64,000 bases of DNA. Source: an uncultured archaeon. GTDB taxonomy: Archaea; Thermoplasmatota; Penumbrarchaeia; JASLWR01. Below, in pieces: positions 28,719 through 37,053 of the stretch; positions within the stretch are counted from its first letter, which is position 1, and every line of letters starts with the position of its first letter. The position numbers and the translations under genes are program-made. The DNA is taken from contig CAYSHM010000004.1 of the NCBI GenBank assembly GCA_964430885.1, positions 134,036 to 198,035 on the forward strand. The letters run 5' to 3'. Under the pieces are notes generated by a model. It searched no databases. It was given only the letters and a program-made list of their open reading frames with translations, and was not told the DNA's origin.

Positions 28719-29384
28719 ATGACGTCCAGTAATGAAGTTGAAACCGGGATTATATCGTCCTATGACTTCACACATCCGGTCCCGGGAAAAAGCTGTTTTC
28801 GCATTGATGTATTCAAGGAAGTATATTCACCAAGGGAAGATTCCTTCTTGATAATGGATCATTTAAAGCAAATGGATATGTCCCCTTCCCCAGAATTCAT
28901 GGAAATTGGGGTGGGAACCGGAATAATTTCCGTTTATGCCGGGTTGATGGGTGCCACAGTAACTGGAACGGATATCCATGATGTATCAGTAAATAATGCA
29001 GCACACAATGCAGAGATGAATGGGATTGAGGCATGCTTCTATCATGCGGACCTATTCGGAACGATTGACAAGAAGTTCGATATTATTGTATTCAATCCTC
29101 CATATTTGCCTCCAATGGATGAAGGTCGATCTGATATGGTTCTGGAGGATTGGGAGAAACGTTGCTTGGAATCCGATAAGGGAGGTGTTGGGACCACTCT
29201 TCGTTTTCTGAATGAATGTCCTTCCCGTATGCATGAAGAAAGCCTAGCATTGTTTCTAGCTAGTTCATATGGAGATATGGATGCTCTTGAAAATGCAGTT
29301 CTCCGATCCTTCAGTTCAAAAAGAGAAAAGATTGTTCTTATGGGAGAAGAGAAATTATTCCTGATAAGTATGAAAAAGGAATAG
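28719..29384 (+). CDS. HemK2/Mtq2-type release-factor glutamine methyltransferase
   Basis: VY.PREDS, EIGVGTG, FNPPY motifs. Confidence 0.9.
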   Translation: MTSSNEVETGIISSYDFTHPVPGKSCFRIDVFKEVYSPREDSFLIMDHLKQMDMSPSPEFMEIGVGTGIISVYAGLMGATVTGTDIHDVSVNNAAHNAEMNGIEACFYHADLFGTIDKKFDIIVFNPPYLPPMDEGRSDMVLEDWEKRCLESDKGGVGTTLRFLNECPSRMHEESLALFLASSYGDMDALENAVLRSFSSKREKIVLMGEEKLFLISMKKE

Positions 29385-29454
29385 AATAATATAGTTTTAT
29401 GAAATAATTGAAGAATAAGGGAGAATAATTCCCTCATTCTTAACATCAGGGATT

Positions 29455-30045
29455 CTAGATGAGCTCTATATCCCGCAGCTCTCGTGTGATGATCTTAACG
29501 GCTTGCCTTATATCCTTGGTGTTCCTGGCCCCTGTGCATACTATCTTGCCGGATCCGAAGAGAAGTGCAACCACTTTGGGTTTTTCAAGCCTGTATACCA
29601 GTCCAGGGAACTGCTCAGGTTCGTATTCCACCTTGTCGAAGGATAGGTATATGGCAGCCTTGTTGAGGTTGAGCATGGTGTTGAGGTTGCCGGTGGCCAC
29701 TATGTTCTGAATATGCACCTTTGCCTTTTCGGGTACATTCCCCAGTTCTTCAGGATGATGTTCTTTGAAAAAATTTCTGATTCTGGTTAGAATGGCGTCA
29801 ACAGCCTTCTTTGTCTGGTCTATGCTCTTGGCCCCTGTGCACACAAGTTTGCCGCTGGTGAAAAGCAGTATGGCCACTTTCGGCTCATCCATTCTGTATA
29901 TGAGGCCTGGGAATCGACTCTTGTCGTATTCCGCTTCCTCAAAGTCATCCGCTATCTCCTGAAGTGCCAGATTGACATCCAATGATGATGATGCCACTAT
30001 ATTCACAACTTTTGGTTCTTCCATCTCAATACCTTCGATCTCCAT
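29455..30045 (-). CDS. tbp: TATA-box-binding protein
   Basis: Two repeats NIVA...Y....FPGL.YR...PKV..LLF.SGK.VCTGA. Confidence 0.98.
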   Translation of the reverse strand: MEIEGIEMEEPKVVNIVASSSLDVNLALQEIADDFEEAEYDKSRFPGLIYRMDEPKVAILLFTSGKLVCTGAKSIDQTKKAVDAILTRIRNFFKEHHPEELGNVPEKAKVHIQNIVATGNLNTMLNLNKAAIYLSFDKVEYEPEQFPGLVYRLEKPKVVALLFGSGKIVCTGARNTKDIRQAVKIITRELRDIELI

Positions 30046-30317
30046 TGGTATCCCCTCTTTATTAAATCAATCTTGATTAGGACTTAACAATTCCAATATA
30101 TTTTGAACCTAATTACGGTAAAATATTACTATCCGTTTATAAATGTTCTATTTAAAAGTCTTTTCATTATAATTGTTGCTCCTATATAAATACCAAACTT
30201 TTTTCGAAGGAGTGGTTTTGTGTTGGTCTTTTCCTATTACATCAATAATTCAAATAAGTAAATATAGTATGAAAATGAGAATAATTAGAGTAAATTTAAA
30301 CGTTTGAAGGTGTCGCA

Positions 30318-31460
30318 ATGGAGGTACATTTTGGAGTAGCAGGAATTCCGCTGACATGCAAGGGGAGAACCCTTAAGGACAGTATCGACGACGTTCATGC
30401 TCTAGAACTGGAGGCAATGGAGGTCCAGCTTTTTAGATTTCCCATATTTGAGAGGGATGACAGATTTAAACTTGGCATTTTGGCCCGGGAACTGGAGGTT
30501 GAACTTTCCGTTCATGCACCCTATTATATGGATTTCTTCGGAACTCCGGAGGCTAGGGAGAGAAGTATGGAGAACATCAAAGAATCTTTCCTTATCGCCC
30601 ATGAACTACAGGCGTCTCCGGTGGTAACACACCTCGGCCTATACAATGATAAAACACCCACCCAGGCATTGAAAGAGGCTATTAAGGTTACAAGTGAATT
30701 AGTAGCCTATGCTGAGGAGAAAGGCTACAAATGCAAATTGGGAATTGAGACCTCCGGCAGAGAAAAATTGTTTGGAAGTTTAGAGGAGGTAATGATGCTG
30801 GTGGAGGAAGTGCCTGAACTGGTTCCAGTGATCAATTTTGGCCATATACATGCCAGAGAAGAAGGGATTTTACGGAAAAAACTAGCCTTTCAAAGGATCT
30901 TCGATCAGGTCCTGGAAGTAACAGGTAGCAATAATTTCTATACTCATTTCTCAGGTGTAAGCCATCAGGACGGCAACAAGATCAAGGATACTCCCATAAA
31001 GAAGAGTGATATCAAATTCGATGCTTTGGCAAAATGTCTTTTCGATAATCAGGATTTTGAAGTGACCATTATCTCAAGTTCTCCTTTATTGGAGCATGAC
31101 GCCCAGTATATGCAGCTGGTAATGGATCGGTATGCCAAGCGGTATGAGAGGAAGAAGAAGCTTGAGGAGGAAAAGGCAAAGATCCAAGAGGTGCAGGAAA
31201 AGAAAAATGTTTCTGACCCTGATAAAATAGAATCGGAGGAAGGCGCTGGTGAAGAGAAACCTGCAAAGAAGGAAAAAGAAGTGAAGGATGAAAAGAAAGG
31301 GACTTCCGAAAAAAAACCAGCTTCAAAGAATAAAACATCTGTCAAAAAACCCGCAGCCAAGAAATCCACCGCTAAGAAGTCTGCAAAGAAGCCTCCGAAA
31401 AAAAAGACCAAAACAAAGAAATCCCAACCCAAGAAGAAGTCACCTTCAAAGAAGAAATAA
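30318..31460 (+). CDS. endonuclease IV-like TIM-barrel protein with degenerate metal ligands and a Lys-rich tail
   Basis: SVHAPYY, THLG, GIETSG, NFGHIHAR, THFSG, SPLLEHDA; about 110-aa charged low-complexity tail. Confidence 0.85.
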   Translation: MEVHFGVAGIPLTCKGRTLKDSIDDVHALELEAMEVQLFRFPIFERDDRFKLGILARELEVELSVHAPYYMDFFGTPEARERSMENIKESFLIAHELQASPVVTHLGLYNDKTPTQALKEAIKVTSELVAYAEEKGYKCKLGIETSGREKLFGSLEEVMMLVEEVPELVPVINFGHIHAREEGILRKKLAFQRIFDQVLEVTGSNNFYTHFSGVSHQDGNKIKDTPIKKSDIKFDALAKCLFDNQDFEVTIISSSPLLEHDAQYMQLVMDRYAKRYERKKKLEEEKAKIQEVQEKKNVSDPDKIESEEGAGEEKPAKKEKEVKDEKKGTSEKKPASKNKTSVKKPAAKKSTAKKSAKKPPKKKTKTKKSQPKKKSPSKKK

Positions 31461-31482
31461 TATTGATCCAGATCGACTTTTT

Positions 31483-32424
31483 CTATTCGCTAATGGGGAC
31501 ATAGTAGCATTTTGTATTTCGTCCCCTCTTTTCAAGGTATAGTAATCCCAGTTCTCTTAGTTGATGAACATTGTAATTTACTGCTTTTTTATTCCGTCCT
31601 ATATTTTCAGCTAGTTTACTCTGTGTAACACCGGGATTGTTCTTAATGTGCTGAAGGATGCTTTTTTGGGTAATGGTCAGGTTCATTCCTGGCGCTTTAT
31701 TCCAGTTTGGAGGATAGAATCGCTTATATTTCCCTTCTTTTCTAGATGTAACAAATCGCTCTTTCTCCAGCCTGTCAAGATGATAGGATAGTACGCCTGT
31801 TGTTAGTTTCAGGTCCTTCTTTATAGCTCTGAAATGCCGTCCTGGATTGTCCAGGATATGCTTGTTAATGATCTGTCTGTTCTCCTGCTCTAAGAGCTCG
31901 TTCCGCCTGATCCTTGAGAACTGGGCTACGACAACGACGATAATGACCAAAATGACCACAATGGAGAGAATAAGGTAGATGAGGCATGATGCATTACTTC
32001 CATCTTCTTCATCGCAAGCTTTGCCATCTTCACCAGGTCCTTCATTATCGTTATCATTGTTTTTAGGATAAATGCCGCTGTAAGTAATGTTTACCCATGT
32101 TACTGCTTCGGGCTCCAGGGTGAAATTGGTTTGATAGTAATGCTTCCCGTAAACGTAATAGGATAGTGTGTAATTTCCTGAAGATAGGTTGTTGAATCTG
32201 AAAAACCCATCCTTATCTGATAATGAGGTGATATTGTACTCCCCACTGTCTATATTCAAAAGTTCTATAGTGATGTTTTCCATTGGGAAATCCCTTTTAT
32301 CTGAAATAATACCCGTCACAGTTGCTGAATCATTTTGGGCACAAACTAAAGGTGATTGAATTAGATTTAATAATAAAAATGAGATGAATAGTAGGGTCAA
32401 TTTGTACCACACATGGTTTTTCAT
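31483..32424 (-). CDS. membrane-anchored transcription regulator: signal peptide, carboxypeptidase-regulatory-like domain, TM, tandem winged-HTH
   Basis: VTGIISD...P.ENITI...SDKDGFF.F.NL..G.Y.L; TM; two I..NPG....I/L...L/I......YH/N...L wHTH units. Confidence 0.88.
   Translation of the reverse strand: MKNHVWYKLTLLFISFLLLNLIQSPLVCAQNDSATVTGIISDKRDFPMENITIELLNIDSGEYNITSLSDKDGFFRFNNLSSGNYTLSYYVYGKHYYQTNFTLEPEAVTWVNITYSGIYPKNNDNDNEGPGEDGKACDEEDGSNASCLIYLILSIVVILVIIVVVVAQFSRIRRNELLEQENRQIINKHILDNPGRHFRAIKKDLKLTTGVLSYHLDRLEKERFVTSRKEGKYKRFYPPNWNKAPGMNLTITQKSILQHIKNNPGVTQSKLAENIGRNKKAVNYNVHQLRELGLLYLEKRGRNTKCYYVPISE
32003..32045. repeat. 43-bp dispersed direct repeat, copy 1
   Basis: 42/43 identical to 32732-32774; the 34 bp at 32012-32045 are identical. 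Confidence 0.95.
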
Positions 32425-32544
32425 AATATCACTTTCATTTTTCCTGTTAACTGAAGTAAATACAGATGAGCCCTTGAAATAATTTATTGATAAAAATTAA
32501 ATAAAAATGAGGGAACCCCTGTTTTGGAATTCCCGTATATTCTT

Positions 32545-33387
32545 CTATTTCTTGAAATAATCAATGGGGGGTGCCGGGAGTGGCCTTACGACCTGCTTTT
32601 CTTCCTTGATTACCGGTCTCAACGGTTTATTTATGTTCTTCTTTTTGGTTGCCCAGAGTGCAGCAATTATCACAATAATAACTGCTATGATCACTATCAT
32701 TGTGATCAAACCACCTATGGCCGCGCTCCCGTCTTCTTCGTCGCAAGCTTTGCCATCTTCACCAGGTCCTTCATCGTCATCACCATACATATTATTTTCA
32801 TGGGTTGTCTGGAAAACCTCTGCTTTCATTTCAGCGGATTTCTCTATCTTGACCGTGCCATGACCTTTTTTTGTTATCATCCCATCCTCGAATACAAGGA
32901 GATCGATCCTGTATCCGCTGCCCCTTGGAAGGTCCAGTTCGAACTCAGCGGTCTGAGTTTTCATAGGTTCTATATCTCCAACCTCCACAGTTGCCTCATC
33001 CTCCGCCATGTTGTTCTCCTCTACAACTGCAAAGACCTCTACTTTCACATTCTTCGAGGTGGCTTTACCATCATTGGTGAAGAATACCTTGGCCTTTACT
33101 GTTTGTTCTTCATCATCAGCTCTCGTACTGGCATCATTGTTGACGAACCGCACTTCATCAATATACAGATGTGCAAATTTATCAGGTTCTTCTATCTTTT
33201 TTTCCTTTTTATCAAGATCCACCATTGAAAGGATTATGATGCCGGTAAGAAGTAGAGCAATAACTCCTATTCCAGCGATGATCACTTTTGCTTCGACTGG
33301 CATTTTTCTGCCTTTGTTTTTCCTGTTTTTTTGCTTTTTTTTGCTGTTTACCATAACAACCACATTCCCATGAGTAGAATATGGCAA
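32545..33387 (-). CDS. doubly membrane-anchored protein with an extracellular Ig-like (DUF7490-like) domain
   Basis: Basic N-terminus, TM, beta-sandwich (FFTNDG..SKNV.V...VGDIEP.KT...LPRGSGYRI.L.VFEDG), linker, second TM, basic/Pro-rich tail. Start is probably ATG 33354. Confidence 0.75.
   Translation of the reverse strand: MPYSTHGNVVVMVNSKKKQKNRKNKGRKMPVEAKVIIAGIGVIALLLTGIIILSMVDLDKKEKKIEEPDKFAHLYIDEVRFVNNDASTRADDEEQTVKAKVFFTNDGKATSKNVKVEVFAVVEENNMAEDEATVEVGDIEPMKTQTAEFELDLPRGSGYRIDLLVFEDGMITKKGHGTVKIEKSAEMKAEVFQTTHENNMYGDDDEGPGEDGKACDEEDGSAAIGGLITMIVIIAVIIVIIAALWATKKKNINKPLRPVIKEEKQVVRPLPAPPIDYFKK
32732..32774. repeat. 43-bp dispersed direct repeat, copy 2
   Basis: Matches 32003-32045; both copies encode most of EGPGEDGKACDEEDGS on the minus strand. 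Confidence 0.95.
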
Positions 33388-33496
33388 GGATTAATAAAAA
33401 GGAGATTGGAACGGTGATTGGACTGTTATATAAGGTTTTTGGAACGGTCAATAGACAATACCCGCGCAGAAAAAATTATTAGAATCTTAAAAAAGG

Positions 33497-33578
33497 TGCG
33501 GAGGAGGGGATTCGAACCCCCGAAGCACTAAGCACAGGGTCCTAAGCCCTGCCCCTTTGGCCGCTCGGGTACCTCCGC
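33497..33578 (-). tRNA. tRNA-Leu(TAG)
   Basis: Acceptor GCGGAGG/CCTCCGC-A, anticodon arm CAGGG-CTTAGGA-CCCTG, long variable arm, TTCGAA T-loop. Confidence 0.97.
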
Positions 33579-33705
33579 ATACAAACATATTATATTTGTT
33601 GATTAAGGCTAAAGGTTTCTACATAGTAATTTTCATTGCGGTGCTGAAGCATCCATGTATCTGCAATTTGAATATTTCAAATATTCTCCAATCTTATTGC
33701 ATCAA

Positions 33706-35301
33706 TCAACTCAGGAACAGTCTCATGTAGGGGAATATTATGACGAACAGTATCAGGGTCCCTACTAGTATTGAGGTAATGACAGTGATAGTGTTTGCCC
33801 TTTTCTCTATCTTCTCAGGGTCCTTCTTTTTCTTGCCTCTCTCCATCAAACTGGTCAGCCCATCCTTGAAGATGAATCCGCCGTCAAGGGGTATTGCAGG
33901 TAGAGCATTGAAGGTCCCTATCAGGATGTTCAGCCAAAATATATAGTAAAGACCATTGGCTATGTTCCAGAAGGTTCGCTCACTCATGAAACTGAGCCAG
34001 CCGGTCACCTTGTAAGTGTCTGTTACAGGTGAATGGAAGGGCATCATCTTCCAGTCCATTGGTAGAGCAATGGAATAGTATAGGAGATTGAAGGCTGCAC
34101 CGCCGGCAGAATCGGCGCTTCTTACTGGTTTATTCAGTATCTTTATCATCAGTTCATGGTCCTGCACGCCCACACCTAGGAACCCGTCGCCCCGGTCCTC
34201 TTCCAGTTCGGAATATTCAAACCGGTTGGCCAGGCTGATATTTGTGAAGGTCCTAAGCTCGCCCTTGTAATAGGTTCCGATATCAATAACATCGCCTGCC
34301 TTGGTAATGGAAAGGGCGTCGTTGAAATCAGAGTATTTCTCTATTTTGTAATATATTATGTCCAGGCTCTGCGGGTATTCAGTTCCGTTGGTTGCATTCC
34401 CTTTGTCCTTTTGAAAAGAACGGTTGATCCATTCGATGGATTCCGTAGATATGAGAATCCCGATGTTATCACCTATTTTTTCGGGATCCACGGCTCCCTG
34501 GAAACTTCCAAGGAATTCCCCTGAATCATAAAATCCAAGCTGATTGTAGTTCTTAATCGTATCATTGGTGTGGATCTTGTTATAGACCGTCATATTAGTA
34601 ATGATCATACCAACGTCCATATCGGCTTCTTCAGCGGGGAATTCCTTTGTCAGGGTCCTTATCATAATCCCTTCGCTAGCGGGAGTAACCGCGCCCATGA
34701 ATACCCATGAGAAGAGCAGTGCGAATATTATCCCAATAATGATGTTCATCGTTGGTCCTGCAGTGTACACCCTCATCCTCTTCTTCCGGGGTGCGTTCTT
34801 CATTGCTTCCTCGTCAGGTTCTACAAAAGCGCCTACAGGCACCACTAAGAGAAGCACTCCCATTGATTTTACCTTTATCTTGGAGGCCATGGCAAGTATT
34901 CCATGTGCAAACTCGTGAACTATGATTCCGATTATCAAGGCTACCGTACCAAAGGTAAGCGGAACAAGTTTGTTGACGCCTGGAATCACCAATATGTCCT
35001 TGGGGGATACGGGCTGAGATTCCTGCATGGTGCTCCCGATTGAGGAAAGTATAAGCGTGAAGAACATGAGGAACATTGCCAGAAAAATCAGTATGAATCC
35101 GATATTGGTGAACCATTTCCAGAAACCTTCGGGTTTTGTTAGGACCTTCAGCAATTTTTTTCCCTTTTGGGTCCTGAGCATTAGTATGGGTCCGAACATT
35201 CCCATGTTATATTTGTCAAAGAGACCTGTTTTGTGAAGAATAATGATGATACCAATAAAAATTGCTAACAATATCAGAGTTATGACAAATCCGTTAAGCA
35301 T
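33706..35301 (-). CDS. site-2 protease (peptidase M50) with PDZ-like insertion
   Basis: HEFAH, GAFVEPD, AGPTMN, FNALPAIPLDGG; PAEEADM..GM.I PDZ-like element followed by a long insertion. Confidence 0.95.
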   Translation of the reverse strand: MLNGFVITLILLAIFIGIIIILHKTGLFDKYNMGMFGPILMLRTQKGKKLLKVLTKPEGFWKWFTNIGFILIFLAMFLMFFTLILSSIGSTMQESQPVSPKDILVIPGVNKLVPLTFGTVALIIGIIVHEFAHGILAMASKIKVKSMGVLLLVVPVGAFVEPDEEAMKNAPRKKRMRVYTAGPTMNIIIGIIFALLFSWVFMGAVTPASEGIMIRTLTKEFPAEEADMDVGMIITNMTVYNKIHTNDTIKNYNQLGFYDSGEFLGSFQGAVDPEKIGDNIGILISTESIEWINRSFQKDKGNATNGTEYPQSLDIIYYKIEKYSDFNDALSITKAGDVIDIGTYYKGELRTFTNISLANRFEYSELEEDRGDGFLGVGVQDHELMIKILNKPVRSADSAGGAAFNLLYYSIALPMDWKMMPFHSPVTDTYKVTGWLSFMSERTFWNIANGLYYIFWLNILIGTFNALPAIPLDGGFIFKDGLTSLMERGKKKKDPEKIEKRANTITVITSILVGTLILFVIIFPYMRLFLS

Positions 35302-35535
35302 GGGTGATTCACCGGTTTCAAATATGTGTATTTTCAGCTATCAGAGGCGGAATTTATACCCTTCACATAATTATAAGATTGCTTTATTAAGGTATGCTCA
35401 TCAGTTATGGATTTAACCTATATTGTGGTTAATAAAGGTTATTTGTAATTATTAATATGTCATATTGTTATTTAGTAACAATTCATATGCATTATGTGAT
35501 TAGGTCTTAATCCAGGCATCATTAGCGGTGATAGA

Positions 35536-37020
35536 ATGAAGAAAAATTTGTCATGGAATATCATGGAAAAGAGCGGATATAGTCCTGAAACTCCCCTAAA
35601 AACTTTAGAAATGGCTATATTGGAAAGATTGGATCGATACGGGAAGGAGGGAAGGAGCAAGGCCTTCAAATACCAGAATCTATTCCCCAACACCATTTTG
35701 GATACCGATGTTCAGGAGAAAATAATTGCAGCCTTGCTGTCAGGTAATCACCTGCTTCTATTTGGACCGCCGGGGTCCGGTAAAACCAATCTAATCAAGG
35801 ATATTTTGAACCTTCTGCCCACTCAGAGCTTTGCGGTGAAGGACTGCCCAGTGGGTTGTTCGCCATACAGCATTGTTGATTCATCCTTTGCAGGCAAAGT
35901 ACCTCCCTGCCCAATGTGTAAATCAAGGTTTTCCAATTTAGAAATGGGGGAATTGGGGGCTTTTATTCATGAGAAGGTCAACCGTGAAAAAATACCCCTC
36001 ACAATTTTTCATATCAGAGAAGGGCACGGTTTTGCCAGGATCCAGGGTTCACCTGAAGTATTCCCTGACAATCTGACAGGAACAATTAACCTTCATAAGC
36101 TGGAGGAGATAGGAGATCCAACTTCTCCGGAAGTGATACAGCCAGGTAAGCTTCTCCAAGCTAACAGAGGGGTTCTGCTCATAGATGAGATAGGCAAACT
36201 GCCTCACGGTACCCAGAACGTTCTGCTCCAGGCTCTTCAGGAAGGGACGGTCACACCTGCCAAATCCAGGGAAACATTTCCTGCATCGTTCATAGCGGTC
36301 ACTACTTCCAACCTAACGGACCTGGATGCTATTAACGAACCTCTTAACGACCGGCTTTCCAACATATATGTAGGTTATAATACAGAGCACTACAAGAATC
36401 GGATGATTATAGATCTGCATCTGAGGGGTACAAAGGATGATGTTTTCCTTCCTGAAATTTTCATTGAGGCTGCGGTACATTTGGTGGAGGAATGGCGGAT
36501 CAAGGGCGGTGATATCTATGAGTTCAGGGAGGTGGGTTCTAACCGGACAATGATTGATATTGTTACTAGGACCCGTTCCTATGCCAAGCTTTTCGGCAAA
36601 AAGTATCTGGCCTTGGATGCGTATATCAATGGAGTGCGGGATGTTATGATGGGCCGCATCAGGGCCAGGGGCGAGGAGTCTTTCTTCGAGAACAAGAAGG
36701 TTATCGAGGATTTCGCCAAGAATCACACTCCTGAATCCGTGAAGAAGGCAGGGAAAAAATACTGGTGTAAATTCTATACAAAAGAACTCTCCTCCAATCC
36801 CATGCTTGGAAAGAAGACCCTTCAGCAGATGGAGAAGGTAATGTCCTCTTCTGAAACGCTTTCTAAGGTTATCAGATCAAAGAAAGGGTATTCCCGTTTC
36901 CTCGCATTTTATGATTATGTTATGAAGAAAGAGAGGTATCCGGGCCCTTACAAGGGGAAAATGCTTTTCAAAAGAGTTTATGATATTATGCGTAAAAATG
37001 ATGTATTCAGCTGTGACTGA
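35536..37020 (+). CDS. AAA+ ATPase (Mg-chelatase ChlI / MoxR-related)
   Basis: Walker A GPPGSGKT, Walker B LLIDE, PG.L.QANRG, QNVLLQALQEG, Arg finger PLNDR; Cys cluster CPVGC...CPMC. Confidence 0.9.
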   Translation: MKKNLSWNIMEKSGYSPETPLKTLEMAILERLDRYGKEGRSKAFKYQNLFPNTILDTDVQEKIIAALLSGNHLLLFGPPGSGKTNLIKDILNLLPTQSFAVKDCPVGCSPYSIVDSSFAGKVPPCPMCKSRFSNLEMGELGAFIHEKVNREKIPLTIFHIREGHGFARIQGSPEVFPDNLTGTINLHKLEEIGDPTSPEVIQPGKLLQANRGVLLIDEIGKLPHGTQNVLLQALQEGTVTPAKSRETFPASFIAVTTSNLTDLDAINEPLNDRLSNIYVGYNTEHYKNRMIIDLHLRGTKDDVFLPEIFIEAAVHLVEEWRIKGGDIYEFREVGSNRTMIDIVTRTRSYAKLFGKKYLALDAYINGVRDVMMGRIRARGEESFFENKKVIEDFAKNHTPESVKKAGKKYWCKFYTKELSSNPMLGKKTLQQMEKVMSSSETLSKVIRSKKGYSRFLAFYDYVMKKERYPGPYKGKMLFKRVYDIMRKNDVFSCD

Positions 37021-37053
37021 AATAAGATCTTGAAATAGACTGATAGGGATATC

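Noticed and set aside
31049-31432. Phe-rich minus-strand ORF that looks like a membrane protein
   Set aside because: It is the antisense shadow of the Lys-rich tail. The same reasoning applies to other long shadow ORFs (32524-33228, 41246-41968, 49340-50071).
33666-33682. Palindromes ATTTGAA-TAT-TTCAAAT, TGTGACAT-TAAT-ATGTAACA (11045-11064) and AATCAA-TC-TTGATT (30065-30078)
   Set aside because: They are short, AT-rich, mutually dissimilar and expected by chance; they cannot be called operators without conservation data.
35536-37020. Calling the ATPase a magnesium chelatase or sigma-54 activator
   Set aside because: No chlorophyll or cobalamin context, no GAFTGA loop or HTH, and archaea lack sigma-54.
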